DNA from: Podarcis vaucheri
Taxonomy: Eukaryota
Direction: 5' to 3' (one strand)
DNA: 64,000 nt
Assembly (NCBI GenBank): GCA_965113315.1
Contig: OZ220368.1
The notes beneath the pieces were generated by a model. The model was not told the DNA's origin. It did no database searches and saw nothing but the letters and a program-made list of their open reading frames with translations. Positions within the stretch are counted from its first letter, which is position 1. Every line of letters starts with the position of its first letter. Positions 24,307-37,429 of the stretch are shown here, in pieces. The translations under genes were made by a program, and so were the position numbers.

Positions 24307-24840
24307 GCTTGTTTTGTACATATGCAGTTCAGTGAAATAGTACTCCTACAATGAGATAGGTGGTTCAGGGAATTAAGGAGAGCATGAGCGTTTTGAGTTA
24401 GACTGATGCAGAAGTAGAGCTGCCTTTGGTAGTACCCATGTTTCATGAGTGGTTGGAGGCAGGGTTCTGACATGTGTTTTGATGCACAGTTAAGCACCTA
24501 TTTGTGAGCAATGGAGAAGGTGGGCAGGAATGGGGAGGGAGAGTTATCTATCCAGATTCATAACTGAGCTTAACACTGTTTCACACATACATGCTTCTCA
24601 GGCGATGACAATAGCAAGGGATGAACTGCATGTGAAACGGCTACTACAGGCAGAACTTTCATATCACCTTGGAATCAGAAAAACAGTTGGCTGGATTAAA
24701 CTAACCTGGCAGGCTAGTAGGAGCCATCACAAGGGCTCATTTTTATGCATTTAGCACCGTCATATTTTTGGTCAGGGCGTCTTCTAGGAGCCATAGGGGA
24801 GAGCTATGTAATGGATACCAACTACATATTTTTGGTCATA

Positions 24841-25204
24841 AAGGTAAAGGTCAAGGTACCCCTGACCATTAGGTCCAGTCGTGGACGACTCTGGGGTTGC
24901 ACGCTCATCTCGCTTTACTGGCCGAGGGAACTGGCGTTTGTCTGCAGACAGCTTCCGGGTCATGTGGCCAGCATGACTAAGCCGCTTCTGGTGAAACCAG
25001 AACAGAACACGGAAATGCCATTTACCTTTCTGCCGGAGCGGTACCTATTTATCTACTTGCACTTTGACGTGCTTTTGAACTGCTAGGTGGACAGGAGCTG
25101 GGACCAAACAACGGGAGCTCACCCTGTTGCGGGGATTCGAACCACCGACCTTCTGATCTGCAAGCCCTAGGCTCTGTGGTTTAGACTACAGCGCCACCCG
25201 CGTC
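24841..25204 (-). mobile_element. Sauria SINE
   Basis: High similarity to the other copies, with ACCTTT tail. Confidence 0.9.
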
Positions 25205-25266
25205 ATGTTAATTTGGGTAAATGAGTAGGGCCCCCCCGCAAAGGGCTGAACACATGGCCCCACATA

Positions 25267-25499
25267 CAGTGGTACCTCGGATTACAGACGCTTCAGGTTA
25301 CAGACTCTTCAGGTTGCAGACTCTGCTAACCCAGATATAGTACCTTTGGTTAAGAACTTTGCTTCAGGATGAAACAGAAATCGTCCAACGGTGGCAGCAG
25401 GAGGTCCCATTAGCTAAAGTGGTACTTCAGATTAAGAACACTTTTAGGTTAGGATCGGACCTCCGGAACTAATTAGGTTCTTAACCCGAGGTACCACTG
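25267..25499. mobile_element. Tc1/mariner (Tigger-like) MITE
   Basis: TA|CAGTGGTACCTCGG...CCGAGGTACCACTG|TA. Confidence 0.88.
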
Positions 25500-25654
25500 T
25501 ACCATAAACCATCCACTCGCCACCAACATGCAACAGAAACAGGCTGGCAGTTCCTGCCATATGGTCCACACCATTGCAGTTTAAGCAATATTGAAGTGCT
25601 AACTGGGGATCCCATTTTTCCTGTGTCAAATTATTGCAGTTTGCGTTGCTGGGG

Positions 25655-25657
<3 letters not shown>

Positions 25658-25696
<39 letters not shown>
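25658..25696. repeat. (GT)n microsatellite
   Basis: Seen directly. Other microsatellites: (GT)n ~9913-9942, (ATT)n ~40330-40378 and ~47184-47228, (CA)n ~55058-55082. Confidence 0.95.
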
Positions 25697-25697
<1 letters not shown>

Positions 25698-26293
25698 TGA
25701 TATTCTTCCAAAATAAGAGTTTCCACAAGGAAAGCATTCAGATCTCCCTACTCTCCATTGCTTATCAGATGTTTATTTCATGTGCTGAACCTGAAAGGTC
25801 CCAAGAGTCTTAAGAAACAATTCTAAAATGTGTTTGGAGCACCAAGCAAATTCTCTGCCCAGGCAGTTTCAGTTTCTCTGAAGGACAATGAAACACTTTG
25901 AAGTTTCAGGAGCAAAGTACTCAGGATGTTCTGATATTAATGATGTGCAAAGTGCCCGATTAAGACATTTTCCAAATCCCTAGTCAATTCCGAGAATCCT
26001 GGAGAGTCATTAATCTCTCTCATATTTAGCACTCTAACATTTTAAGGTATTGCTTCCTATTTTTTCCACAATACTGGTCAAGAGTCAGATTGAAAAGAGC
26101 CAAACACATAAAAGCTTCTAAGGCTATTCCTGGGGCCTTAAAAAAGCCCCACTTTAAAAAAAAATATTTGTAATATAAGAGGCTTATGAAATAATTATAG
26201 GCCTGTAAGGTGTGCCAAAGCCATATGAAAAATTTCCCCTAATTTTATTGAAATTCCTTCACCTCCTCTTTCCTAAATATGTTTCATCTAAGC

Positions 26294-26448
26294 CAGGAAT
26301 GGCCAAACTTGGCGCTCTGCTCCAGATGTTTTGGGCCTCCAGATGTTTTGGGACAACTCCCATCATCCCTAGCTAACAGGACCAATGATCAGGGATGATG
26401 GGAATTGTAGTCCCAAAACATCTGGAGGGCCAAGTTTGGCCATGCCTG
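26294..26448. mobile_element. Palindromic hAT/Charlie-type MITE
   Basis: TIRs CAGGAATGGCCAAACTTGGC / GCCAAGTTTGGCCATGCCTG and TSD ATCTAAGC. Confidence 0.85.
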
Positions 26449-26973
26449 ATCTAAGCAGAGCCTTCCAAATTCTCCTTATATTGTATTTTACCATTTTTAA
26501 AAAGCCCTTCTCAAATTACCTACAGATGTTTCATGCAATAGTTTCACATACCCTCCAACATTTCTCTGATGAAACTAGGTGTCAGAGACCAGGCTGAGGA
26601 GTATAACTCTGTTGAGGAATGGCCTGCTCATGGCTATGATCCTGAAACTCCACAGGAGCAGTGGAGTAGTGTTGATTTGGAACAATGGTTTGCTGAGGGG
26701 CACAGATCGGAGGACTATAGCTGGGCATAACTGGGAGGTGAACAGCAAGAAGAACGGGAAGAGAGTGAGCTAACCGACTCTTACTGGAAGATGTGCAGCC
26801 TCTCAGTCCCAAGGCTAGGAGATTAGATACTTAACAAAAGGTTCAGTGGTTGAGAATTTTTACTATTTATACCCCTTTTATACATCTTACTGGGTTGCCC
26901 CAGCCACTCTGGGCAGCTTCTAACATATATAAAAACATAATAAAACATTAAACATTAAGAAAATTTCCCTATA

Positions 26974-27215
26974 CAGTGGTACCTCCGGTTACATACGCTT
27001 CAGGTTACATACGCTTCAGGTTACAGACTCTGCTAACCCAGAAATAGTGCTTCAGGTTAAGAACTTTGCTTCAGGATGAGAACAGAAATTGTGCTCCGGC
27101 GGCACGACGGCAGCAGAAGGCCCCATTAGCTAAAGTGGTGCTTCAGGTTAAGAACAGTTTCAGGTTAAGAACAGACCTCTGGAACGAATTAAGTACTTAA
27201 CGCGAGGTACCACTG
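26974..27215. mobile_element. Tc1/mariner (Tigger-like) MITE, same family as 25267
   Basis: TA TSD, CAGTGGTACCTC TIRs, inserted in an older repeat. Confidence 0.88.
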
Positions 27216-27540
27216 TACAGGATTGCCTTCAGACAGCTTGGGGATCAGATAACTCTGACATTTCGCCAATGGAAATAGGGACATCCTAAGGAAAAGCGGG
27301 ACATTCTGGGATCAAATGAGAAACTGGGATGGCTTCTCTAAATCAAGGACGTCCCTGCAAAATAGACTTGGTCTGGTTTCAGGGCCAAGGGCTCAAGGCA
27401 CTATAGCAGTAAATGTGCATTATGTGGGGCTGCCCTTGAATTTGGTCTGGAAGCATCAGCTAGTACAGAATACTGCTGCACAGTTACTTTGTGGGGCGTC
27501 CCATCACCACTGTTAAAAGCATTGTGCTAGTTGCTAATCT

Positions 27541-27966
27541 TAGTGATGTATGGAAGTGAGAGCTGGACCATAAAGAAGGCTGATCACAGAAGAATTGATG
27601 CTTTTGAATTATGGTGCTGGAGGAGACTCTTGAGAGTCCCATGGACTGCAAGAAGATCAAGCCTCTCCATTCTGAAGGAAATCAGCCCTGAGTGCTCACT
27701 GGAAGGACAGATCCTGAAGCTGAGGCTCCAGTACTTTGGCCACCTCGTGAGAAGAGAAGACTCCCTGGAAAAGACCCTGATGTTGGGAAGGATGGAGGGC
27801 GCAAGGAGAAGGGGACGACAGAGGACGAGATGGTTGGACAGTGTTCTCGAAGCTACCAGCATGAGTTTGACCAAACTGCGGGAGGCAGTGGAAGACAGGA
27901 GTGCCTGGCGTGCTCTGGTCCAGGGGGTCACAAAGAGTCGGACACGACTAAACGACTAAACAACAA
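27541..27966 (+). mobile_element. Bov-B LINE 3' fragment (inserted in an old L2 fragment)
   Basis: Translates to MYGSESWTIKKADHRRIDAFELWCWRRLLRVPWTARRS...VTKSRTRLND. CAA tail and 12-bp TSD AGTTGCTAATCT. Confidence 0.92.
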
Positions 27967-28177
27967 AGTTGCTAATCTGCTACTGAACTACATTCAAGGT
28001 ACGGAAAGCCCTCTATTGTTCTGCAGGAGGGTATCTGAAAAGCCACCTCTTCTCCACATCCTAACTCGGATACTTTGACCTGTGAATGAAAATCCGTCGA
28101 TTGTGCCACATGCCACTTTAGATAAAGCATGCTGTGATTTGAGCATATGCTTCCAGTATTGTGGTACCAGTTCATTA

Positions 28178-28540
28178 GCGACACGGGTGGCGTTGTGGGT
28201 TAAACCACAGAGCCTAGGACTTGCTGATCAGAAGGTTGGCGGTTCAAATCCCTGCGACGGGGTGAGCTCCTGTTGCTCGGTCCCAGCTCCTGCCCACCTA
28301 GCAGTTCGAAGCCAAGTCAAAGTGCAAGTAGATAAATAGGTACCGCTCTGGCGGGAAGGTAAACGGTGTTTCCGTGTGCTGTTCTGGTTCGCCAGAAGCG
28401 GCTTAGTCATGCTGGCCACATGACCCGGAAGCTGTACGCCGGCTCCCTCAGCCTATAGAGCGAGATGAGCGCCGCAACCCCAGAGTCAGTCACGACTGGA
28501 CCTAATGGTCAGGGGTCCCTTTACGTTTACCTTTACCTTT
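28178..28540 (+). mobile_element. Sauria SINE
   Basis: Full length, with TSD CCAGTTCATT. Confidence 0.92.
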
Positions 28541-29000
28541 GCCAGTTCATTTGCTGAAAACTTATTTTCTCCCAAACCTTCTCAAATTAGGCCGTAAACC
28601 TAACCCCCAGAGCAAGCCCCAACAAATTTAATAGGATTTACTCCTGAGAAGACACAATTAGGATCGCACTGCCAGTCTATTTTATTTCTGCAGTTTTACA
28701 TTCCAGTTCAATTTTTATATTTCAGTACTGTTTTATATTCCACTTCTGTACACTGTATGTTTTCTGAATGTAGAGCAGTTTTCGAACCCTTAAGAAACAC
28801 AAATAATAAACAAAATAGAAGGGATGGTTAATTTCTGTTGCCTTTTTGTACAAGACTAGTTCAAAAGCTTATTACCTCTCTACTGTGGATCCACCAACAT
28901 GATTCAATTGGGGGGGGCACGTGCTGAGATTCCCGTATTGGAGGGGGTTGGACTAGATTACCCTTGGGATCCCTCGTCAATTCTATGTTTCTTTTTTTTT

Positions 29001-29205
29001 AAGGAATCTCAAAGCGGCTAACAATCTCCTTTTCCCTTCCTCCCCCACAACAAACACTCTGTGAGGGGACTGAGGCTGAGAGACTTCAGAGAAGTGTGAC
29101 TGGCCCAAGGTCACCCAGCAGCTGCATGTGGAGGAGCGGGGAATCAAACCCGGTTCACCAGATTATGAGTCCACCGCTCTTAACCACTACACCACACTGG
29201 CTCTC
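29001..29205 (-). mobile_element. Squam3 SINE (3'-truncated), inserted in a CR1 3' tail remnant
   Basis: Similar to the other Squam3 copies and flanked by the CAATTCTATG duplication. Confidence 0.8.
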
Positions 29206-30021
29206 CAATTCTATGATTCTATGATTCTAAGTCGCCTCCTTTTCCTGTACATTCTGTGATCTTGGCAAGTCCTGGAGGTGTGTCTGGGGTGGGCGAGTGG
29301 GAAGGTGCATGAGGACAAACGAGGGAAATGAATTTGTAGCTAGTCAGTTAAGCGGCAACGCTAATCCAATTACGTATTGTGCTGCATGTCTACTGAGAGG
29401 CAAATGCAGAGGAAACATATTTATTTTAATAAGATGGGTGTTAGCTCAGAGGTGAATTGGAGACATTTGTTGCTTTAAAGCGCTAGACTCTAATCTGGTC
29501 ACTATGCAGAATTCCATTAACATGATTCCTGTTATGTTAAATAATTTAGTTAAAATAAATTAGATAAATGAAAGCTGTTTGCCAGGCATATGATAGCAGT
29601 GGGAGAGTTGGCGTGGCAGCCATTCACACAAAAGACAATTCTATTTAAGAAGACAAAGCGGGCGTATAGATTTTTTATTGACTCCTGCTTATTTTAGTCT
29701 TTCACCGATCAAGCTAGGGAGGCATTTTGCCACATTTTGGTGGGCTTCCATTTTGTGACATGTGGGGCAACGAGGTGGGATGGATTAGGAAAGCAACAAT
29801 CAATACCCCTTGGGCAGGGCCATTCCATCTAATGTGATTGACTGTTTTAATTTTAAATTTCGTTATTGTGAGCTATTGTAAGAGTAAAGCAGAATCTCAG
29901 CATTGCAATAAACAAACAAATAGTGATGGAGAGGGGCTCAGTTATTGTTTTGGAGGTCAGTGGGGAGGACATTGAAGACTCGGCTACATTAGTAAAGGAA
30001 AAGCGTTTTATAACACAGTGA

Positions 30022-30036
30022 CACCAGATGGCGCTG
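30022..30036 (+). promoter_or_regulatory. CTCF-like motif
   Basis: CACCAGATGGCGCTG resembles the CTCF core consensus. It lies in a TE-free, locally CpG-retaining segment. Confidence 0.45.
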
Positions 30037-30259
30037 TGGAGTCCCGTCGTTCGCCAACGTGATTTCCCGTTATGAAGTTTACAACGAGTTTTCCTGAAAC
30101 GCATTTTTGATGGGTCTAGATCCAGCCTGAGATCTAACGCAAAGCAGCAGTCTTGCCAAACAGCAGAGGCAAAGCTTTTCCTGAACTCACCGCTCCAGTC
30201 TGCTGCTGCCTGAAATATTCCATGCTATTAACACTCTTTTGTCAAGTCAAATACTTTGA

Positions 30260-30595
30260 GTAAAGGTAAAGGGACCATTAGGTCCAGTCGTGGACGACTC
30301 TGGGGTTGCAGCGCTCATCTCGTTTTATTGGCCGAGGGAGCCGGCGTACAGCTTCCGGGTCATGTGGCCAGCAGGACTAAGCTGCTTCTGGCGAACCAGA
30401 GCAGTGCATGGGAACACCATTTACCTTCCCGCCGGAGCGGTCCCTATTTATCTACTTGTACTTTGATGTGCTTTTGAACTGCTAGGTTGGCAGGAGCAGA
30501 GACCGAGCAACAGGAGCTCACTCCGTCGCGGGGATTCGAACCGCCGACCTTCTGATCGGCAAGCCCTAAGCTCTGTGGTTTAACCCACAGCGCCA
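30260..30595 (-). mobile_element. Sauria SINE
   Basis: Similar to the other copies, slightly 5'-truncated. Confidence 0.88.
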
Positions 30596-31440
30596 ATTCC
30601 CATGGTGCCTGACCATTGGCCATGCTGGCTGGAACTGATGGGAACTGGAGTGCCACAGGCTCTGGAGGCTACCACATTGACTACCCCTGACTTAAGGAAT
30701 CTCACAGAGATAGTCCTGTTTTTAGAAATCTGATAGTAAAACCCTCCTTCAGCCCCCCATAGGTGGTGTTGGGGCTGCCTTCATAGTTGACTTTGAATAG
30801 GCTTGCATCAGCAGTCTTTCTTGGTAGTCAAACAACTAAGGAGGACAGTGTACGACTTATGTACTACATCCCATTTAAAAAATGGCAACAATCTAATTAA
30901 AATGTTCTTGTGCAACTTGGTGGCTGACTCATTCAACGAACGCTCCCTTTTGGCATTAGTTATCCCTGGACGAGGGCACAGCACTAACCCCAACCTTCTC
31001 CACAACAATGTTTTTCTGCATATTGGATTTACTTAGCACCACTTCCTAGCCACATTGCTGGGACGCGTGGCTGGGGTTGCTATACTGCAGTGGCTTGGTT
31101 AAGAACAGCATGACCTCCACTGAGTCATCTGAAAAACCACTGGTTTCTCTCCTTTCTAAAAAAATAAAAATAAATTGGCCTTGCCAGAGTCATCAGACAG
31201 CTTCGGAGCCGTTCAGCTGGTGGCTTGCTGGAAAGGACCATTCTGTTTGATCAAAGATTTGCAGCGGCAGCCTAGTTGAACTTGGGTAGGACATGGTCAG
31301 AAGCACTCTTTTTATTTTTCACTTAAGTGCTGCCTCTGGGAAAAGGCTGCAGCTGAGCGCATGGTATTGTGCATGGCTTCGCATGCGGGAAGGTCTCTTG
31401 GCATCGCCTGATAGGACAACTGAGGTGCTGCCAGTCAGAG

Positions 31441-31794
31441 AGGTAAAGGTAAAGGGACCCCTGACCATTAGGTCCAGTCGTGACCGACTCTGGGGTTGTG
31501 GCGCTCATCTCGCTTTATTGGCCGAGGGAGCCGGCGTACAGCTTCCAGGTCATGTGGCCAGCAGGACTAAGCCGCTTCTGGCGAACCAGAGCAGCGCATG
31601 GAAACGCCATTTACCTTCCCGCCAGAGCAATACCTATTTATCTACTTGCACTTTGACGTGCTTTCGAACTGCTAGGTTGGCAGGAGCAGGGACCAAGCAA
31701 CGGGAGCTCACCCCATCACGGGGATTCGAACCGCCGACCTTCTGATCGGCAAGCCCTAGGCTCTGTGGTTTAACCCACAGCACCACCCGCGTCC
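31441..31794 (-). mobile_element. Sauria SINE
   Basis: Full length, with TSD GCCAGTCAGA. Confidence 0.92.
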
Positions 31795-32084
31795 AGCCAG
31801 TCAGAAAATACTGAGCTAAATCCACCACTGGTCCAACTTGGTCTAGGCAGCTTCCTATGCTTTTCTAATCTTTTGAACCTGAAAACAGAACAAAGCGTTT
31901 GGTGGAGGAGACAGGAGGAACAGCAGGGCAATCTAGAAGTGAACTGCATTCATCTGTGGATTCTGGAACTGAATGTGCTCTGTTAATCATGATGAGTTTA
32001 AATAGCATTTTCCACAGGTCTTTTAAAAAAGCCTCAGTTCTTGATGGTTGGTGCCTTTGTGTTTAGAGTAGGAGACAGTTGCTC

Positions 32085-32365
32085 TGAAAAGCTGAAGGTA
32101 GTTTGATACAGGTATACGATGGGGGAAATATACAATTTACCTTAAAAAGCATTGTAAACTATTAAAACTATTGAAATAGCACTTGTAGTTCAATGCTGAA
32201 TTTTGGTTATAATGGAAATTTAAGAGATGTGGATTAATAGACAGGATGCAGGAGGAAAAGGTTAAAAGTCCAGGAGATTCTTCGGAATTCTCTTTTTATG
32301 TTGGTTGTTTGGTAATTGTTTGTAAATTTCAAAATACAGAAAAACTAAATAATTTTTTTAAAAAA
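32085..32365 (+). mobile_element. Degenerate L1 3' end
   Basis: Encodes WGKYTIYLKKHCK, similar to the WKKFKIYLKKYCK terminus of the 44101 L1. A-rich end. Confidence 0.55.
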
Positions 32366-33148
32366 TAGATGCAGGTATACAATATAGTATACCCATTGTT
32401 TCCTTTGTCCCATGGTCATCTCTGGAGAAAGATGTCTTGTGAGTTTTTGATGGACTACAGACCCTTGTGTGCTCTCTGACTCCAGAGACAGTGGTTGGTT
32501 ATGTCTGTACAGCAGGGGCAGCCATGGGTCTATCATTCCACCTTCAGTTCTCTTCAAAACCAATGCCTGTCTCCAGCAATAGAGGGCTCCTCAATAAATA
32601 AGCCAATCAGCTTGGCTGTTTCATTTGGATTCCAATACAAAAGGTTCCATCGCTCTTGCTCCTGAAAAGTCTTTCCCGGCCATCCAGAGGATTTGTAGCA
32701 GCATCAAACGGCAACAAATCCTTGATATTTACTGTGAGCCAGTCTCCTGCCACTCCATCGCTACCCAAGAGGATAGCAAAACAGGAAGACTCTGATGCAT
32801 AAACATCTCTTGCAATATTACACTAAACCTGCTCTGCCGTTCGACTCCTCAGAAATCAATCTTCCTTCAGGCATGTATATCAGAATTTATGCGCATTGCT
32901 TTTACTGGGTAATCTCCCTTGGCAGATTTTTACAACACATTCCATTATTTCGAACTATAGGCGGATAGAAATAGAGACGAACACACAGATATGCACATCA
33001 GTATTACCTGTTCTGCCTGCAGACAGACAGTTTATATATAGGCAGAAGCCCTCTTTAGTTGTTGGGCTTCAACTGGGGAGGGGAATGGCAGTCCTATCTA
33101 GATCTACTTATAACAACTTATTTGGACATATATATTTAATTATACAGC

Positions 33149-33519
33149 GGGACGCGGGTGGCGCTGTGGGTAAAAGCCTCAGTGCCTAGGGCTTGCCGAT
33201 CGAAAGGTCGGCGGTTCGAATCCCCGCGGCGGGGTGCGCTCCCGCTGCTCGGTCCCAGCGCCTGCCAACCTAGCAGTTCGAAAGCACCCCCGGGTGCAAG
33301 TAGATAAATAGGTACCGCTTACCAGCGGGAAGGTAAACGGCGTTTCCGTGTGCGGCTCTGGTTCGCCAGATGCAGCGATGTCACGCTGGCCACGTGACCC
33401 GGAAGTGTCTCCGGACAGCGCTGGCCCCTGGCCTATAGATGTGAGATGGGCGCACAAACCCCAGAGTCTGTCAAGACTGGCCCGCTCGGGCAGGGGTACC
33501 TTTACCTTTACCTTTACCT
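33149..33519 (+). mobile_element. Sauria SINE, distinct CpG-rich subfamily
   Basis: Diagnostic differences (GGTAAAAGCCTCAGTGCC head, altered 3' half) and TSD TATTTAATTATACAG. Confidence 0.88.
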
Positions 33520-34074
33520 TATTTAATTATACAGGCCTTTCCACCCGGTGCCAGCCAGCCCATGAGGCTCAGTGAGGCGGTCAACCTTGAGCGGCAAGCT
33601 AGGGACAGCTGGGGGGCGGGCAGCAAATCTGGGCCCCCCAAAGGATCTTGCCACTCGCCACCTCCAGCGCTTGTCACCCATTGCCACGGCCTCCCCCACC
33701 CGGCTGCTCCTCTCTATTTGATTCAATTGGTGTATATATGGGACAAAGCTGTTAAATGGGTGCAATATTTGGATGCCCCATTCAGACGATGATGATTTGT
33801 TTACAGGTATAATAACCAATAATTTAATTGTTTACAAGTATAATAACCAATGATATGAACCTCAAAAGACAAACATTTTTAAAATGAAAATATATACGCA
33901 ATAAAGCAATCCTATTATATAAGCACCCATAATTAAAATATGCCAAATATGCCATAAAACAACAGCAGCAGGAGACTTGGGCTACAAGATCCAGGGCGTG
34001 CCTGTTTTAATATTCACCACAATTCCTGCAAGTCACAGGGATGGGTTTTCACAATTAATTCTGTGTCACAGTTC

Positions 34075-34380
34075 TTCTCCAGCGCCGAGGGCCTTCTGGC
34101 GGTTCCCTCATTGCGAGAAGTAAGGTTACAGGGAACCAGACAGAGGGCCTTCTCGGTAGTGGCGCCCGGCCTGTGGAACGCCCTCCCAGCAGATGTCAAG
34201 GCAATAAACAACTATTTTACTTTTAAAAGACAACTGAAGGCAGCCTTCTTTAGGGAAGTTTTAAATGTCTGATGCTGTACTGTTTTTAATATTCAGTTGG
34301 AAGCTGCCCAGAGTGGCTGGGGAAACCCAGCCAGATGGGCGGGGTATAAATAATAAATTATTATTATTATATTATTATTA
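34075..34380 (+). mobile_element. L2-clade LINE 3' fragment
   Basis: Translates to RAFSVVAPGLWNALP...FKRQLKA, with (TTA)n tail. Confidence 0.82.
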
Positions 34381-34637
34381 CTCGCTACTAGCTCCTACAA
34401 GCTGTGTGGCAGCTCTCCCGAGCCAGTTTGAGGCTAGTTCATGTAGAGAACTGAGAGAAATGGCCAAATTGGTACGGATGGTAAGTCCAGACAGAGAAAT
34501 GGTGTGCGAACAGCAAAGGAATATGAGATATCCTTTTGTTAGGAGCGCTGTTTGTTATACATGTTGAACCAGCAGTTCCAATGTACCCACTTCAGTTGTT
34601 CAAGCAACAGATTAGGTTGCTGCCATTATCCCTCTAG

Positions 34638-34904
<267 letters not shown>

Positions 34905-35509
34905 TAGGTGCAGAGAACTTTCCACTTTCGCCTTGGGGAGTTTGCTAGCCCTCTAAGTAGCTGCAGGATATGCAGTCTCACTTCCTTTCAAAGGAGGTGT
35001 TTGCTGATACTTGAAAATACAATTTTCGCTTGGAATAATTGAGAGATCACATAGTGACTGAAAGGGCAAGCAGGCAAACCATGATGATGAAAATGCAGAC
35101 TCACCATACAGGGTTGCTGTAGATATTACTGTTATGAAATTCTTTATAAAAGTGCTATATGAAATCTTGGTACAGTATTTTTAATATCATATTCTGATTC
35201 TGTGGCAGTGGTATTTATTTTATGCAGATATATAGATATATATCCTGCTTGCTTCACAGAAAGCTCCAGTTTTCCTCCCTTGACGTAATTATTGCCAATG
35301 TAATTGTTTTTCTGTCCAACACACCTACTTCCTTACAGTCAGATGGGGGCAGCAAAAGCAGTATGTATTTTCCAGCCAACATTTTCTTCTTGGGAGGATT
35401 GAAATAGCTATTGAGAACTTACTTCTGAGCAGACATGTTTAGCCCTATGCAAATAACTTATGCTGGGACACTTCTCCCTGTTTTCCCAGTTCTAATGTTC
35501 TTTACCCTA

Positions 35510-35680
35510 GGTAAAGGGACCCCAGACCATTAGGTCCAGTCGTGGCCGACTCTCGGGTTGCGGCGCTCACCTTGCTTTACTGGCCGAGGGAGCCGGCGTA
35601 CAGCTTCCGGGTCGTATGCGTTGCAACCCCCGAGTCGTCCGCAACTGGACCTAATGGTCAGGGGTCCCTTTACCTTTACC
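35510..35680. mobile_element. Rearranged Sauria SINE: two 3' ends joined in inverted orientation
   Basis: A minus-strand 3' fragment (35510-~35615) is fused to a plus-strand 3' fragment (~35623-35680). Confidence 0.8.
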
Positions 35681-36608
35681 TATTTACATATTCAATTTGT
35701 ATGCAGCCCTTCATCCGAAGATCTCAGGGAAGTTCACAGCATCAAAATGCACAATAAAAACACTCTCTTGTTGAGAGCTCCCTCTGTGTCTCCCCAAAGC
35801 TTTGAAGGGTCAAGGAAGCATTTCCAAGAGCAACAACAGGGAGCATATTACTACAGTCAAATAAATGAATAAATACAAATTCCCTCTGGGGTTTCGTCAT
35901 CAGCTTTGTGCATCTCGTATTTTGGGCCCCAGCTACAGAGCATGATGGTGCACTGCCATGGCTTCCTCAAGTTGTTGTGTTTTCTCCCTCAATCCCTTCA
36001 GCAGCTTCTGTTTCCATTCTAATAACTCATCCTAGGGTTGATGAGAAGGCAGATAATAACTATTCTGGGCCCTGCCAATAGGGAGCTACAGTGCCTATAG
36101 ATTCCTCCCCGGTTATAGCGAAGAATGATTCTGGAAGAGCTACAGAGATTGACCTTGTCTTCTGCTGCTAGTTGGTTGGGCTGGTAAGCTCATCTCAGCC
36201 ACTTAGTCGTCGAGGGGAAAGAAAATTGTACTACTCTTCTTCTCTGGCGATCACTCGTGGCTGAGTAAGATTGTCTGCCAGGAACACGGTCTTAACAGTC
36301 AGTCTGTAAGGAACTGTGAAGGCCAATTCTGCATCCACACATCCACAGCGGGGACATTGGTTTCTGGGCGGGAGTTGGTCATGGTGTGGATTTGCCAAGC
36401 GTGCCTTCCTCCCTTGTGTCCTGAGTTCGAGCGTCTTCAAAGTCCACAACACCTTTGGTAAGGGCTGTTCTCCAACTGGAGCGCTCGCAGACCAGTGTTT
36501 CCCAGTTGTCAGTGTTTATACTTCATTTTTTTAGATTTGCCTTGAGAGAGTCTTTAAACCTCTTTTGCTGACCACCAGCATTATGCTTTCCATGTTAAGT
36601 TCAGAATA

Positions 36609-36781
36609 CAGTGGACCCTCTAGAACTTAATTCGTTCCGGGGGTCTGTACGTATCCCAAAAAGTCCGCATCTCGAGGTGCCGCTTCTGTGCACATGTGCG
36701 ACAAAAACCAGAAGTATACACTTCCGGTTTTGCCGTGTTCTCAACGCGAAAGTTACGTTACCCGTAACCAAAGGTCCACTG
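36609..36781. mobile_element. Tc1/mariner MITE nested in an RTE LINE
   Basis: TA|CAGTGGACC...GGTCCACTG|TA. It splits the RTE coding segment PKQLLY/SEL. Confidence 0.8.
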
Positions 36782-36964
36782 TAGAGTAGTTGCTTTGGAA
36801 GACGATCATCAGGCATCCGCACAACATGACCAGTCCAACGAAGTTGATGTTGAAGAATCATCGTTTCAACACTGGTGATCTTTGCTGGCATTAGTTTGCC
36901 TATCTTTGCAAGTGATGGATAATTTTTTGGGAGACACTGTTGATGGAATCTTTTGAGGAGTTGG

Positions 36965-37202
36965 TGTTAAGTTGTGGGTGAACATGACACAGTGATTCTT
37001 CAAACAGCTCGTTTATTCACAGGCCAGAACAGAACTGAACTGAAGGGTTCAGTCAGCTTGCTTATATAGAGCTCCAGTACAATGTAACTGTAACAATTTC
37101 CTAAAACTATTCAATCACTGAACGTCACTTTCAATCCTTTATTTGCATAACTATCTACAGTATCCCCCTGCTGGCCCAGGGTGAGAACTTCAGTACATAA
37201 CA
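36965..37202 (-). mobile_element. Solo LTR nested in an RTE LINE fragment
   Basis: TG...CA termini. The minus-strand 5' end TGTTATGTACTGA is identical to the start of the LTR at 23937. CTATATAAG and AATAAA on the minus strand. It interrupts RTE sequence. Confidence 0.7.
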
Positions 37203-37429
37203 CCTGGAGATGGCGTTTATAAGTGGTCCATGTTTCACAAGCATACAGCAAGAAAATTATACACTTCTAGGCCATCTACCTGGGTGTGAAATCTTTGTTT
37301 TTGGGTTCAGGACAGGTGTTTGTGAAGGCCTGCTTGAGCGTCATGCTGCTCATCACTTTGGCTGGCCAGTGATAGACCTCTTTGCAAATTTAGTCACTGC
37401 ACTGTAGCATCAGGAAGGGAACTTAGAAG

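Larger units (their letters stand above)
36232..37250 (-). mobile_element. RTE-clade LINE 3' fragment interrupted by a MITE and a solo LTR
   Basis: Translates to HQLRWTGHVVRMPDDRLPKQLLYS. Same family as 21405-21845. Confidence 0.82.
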
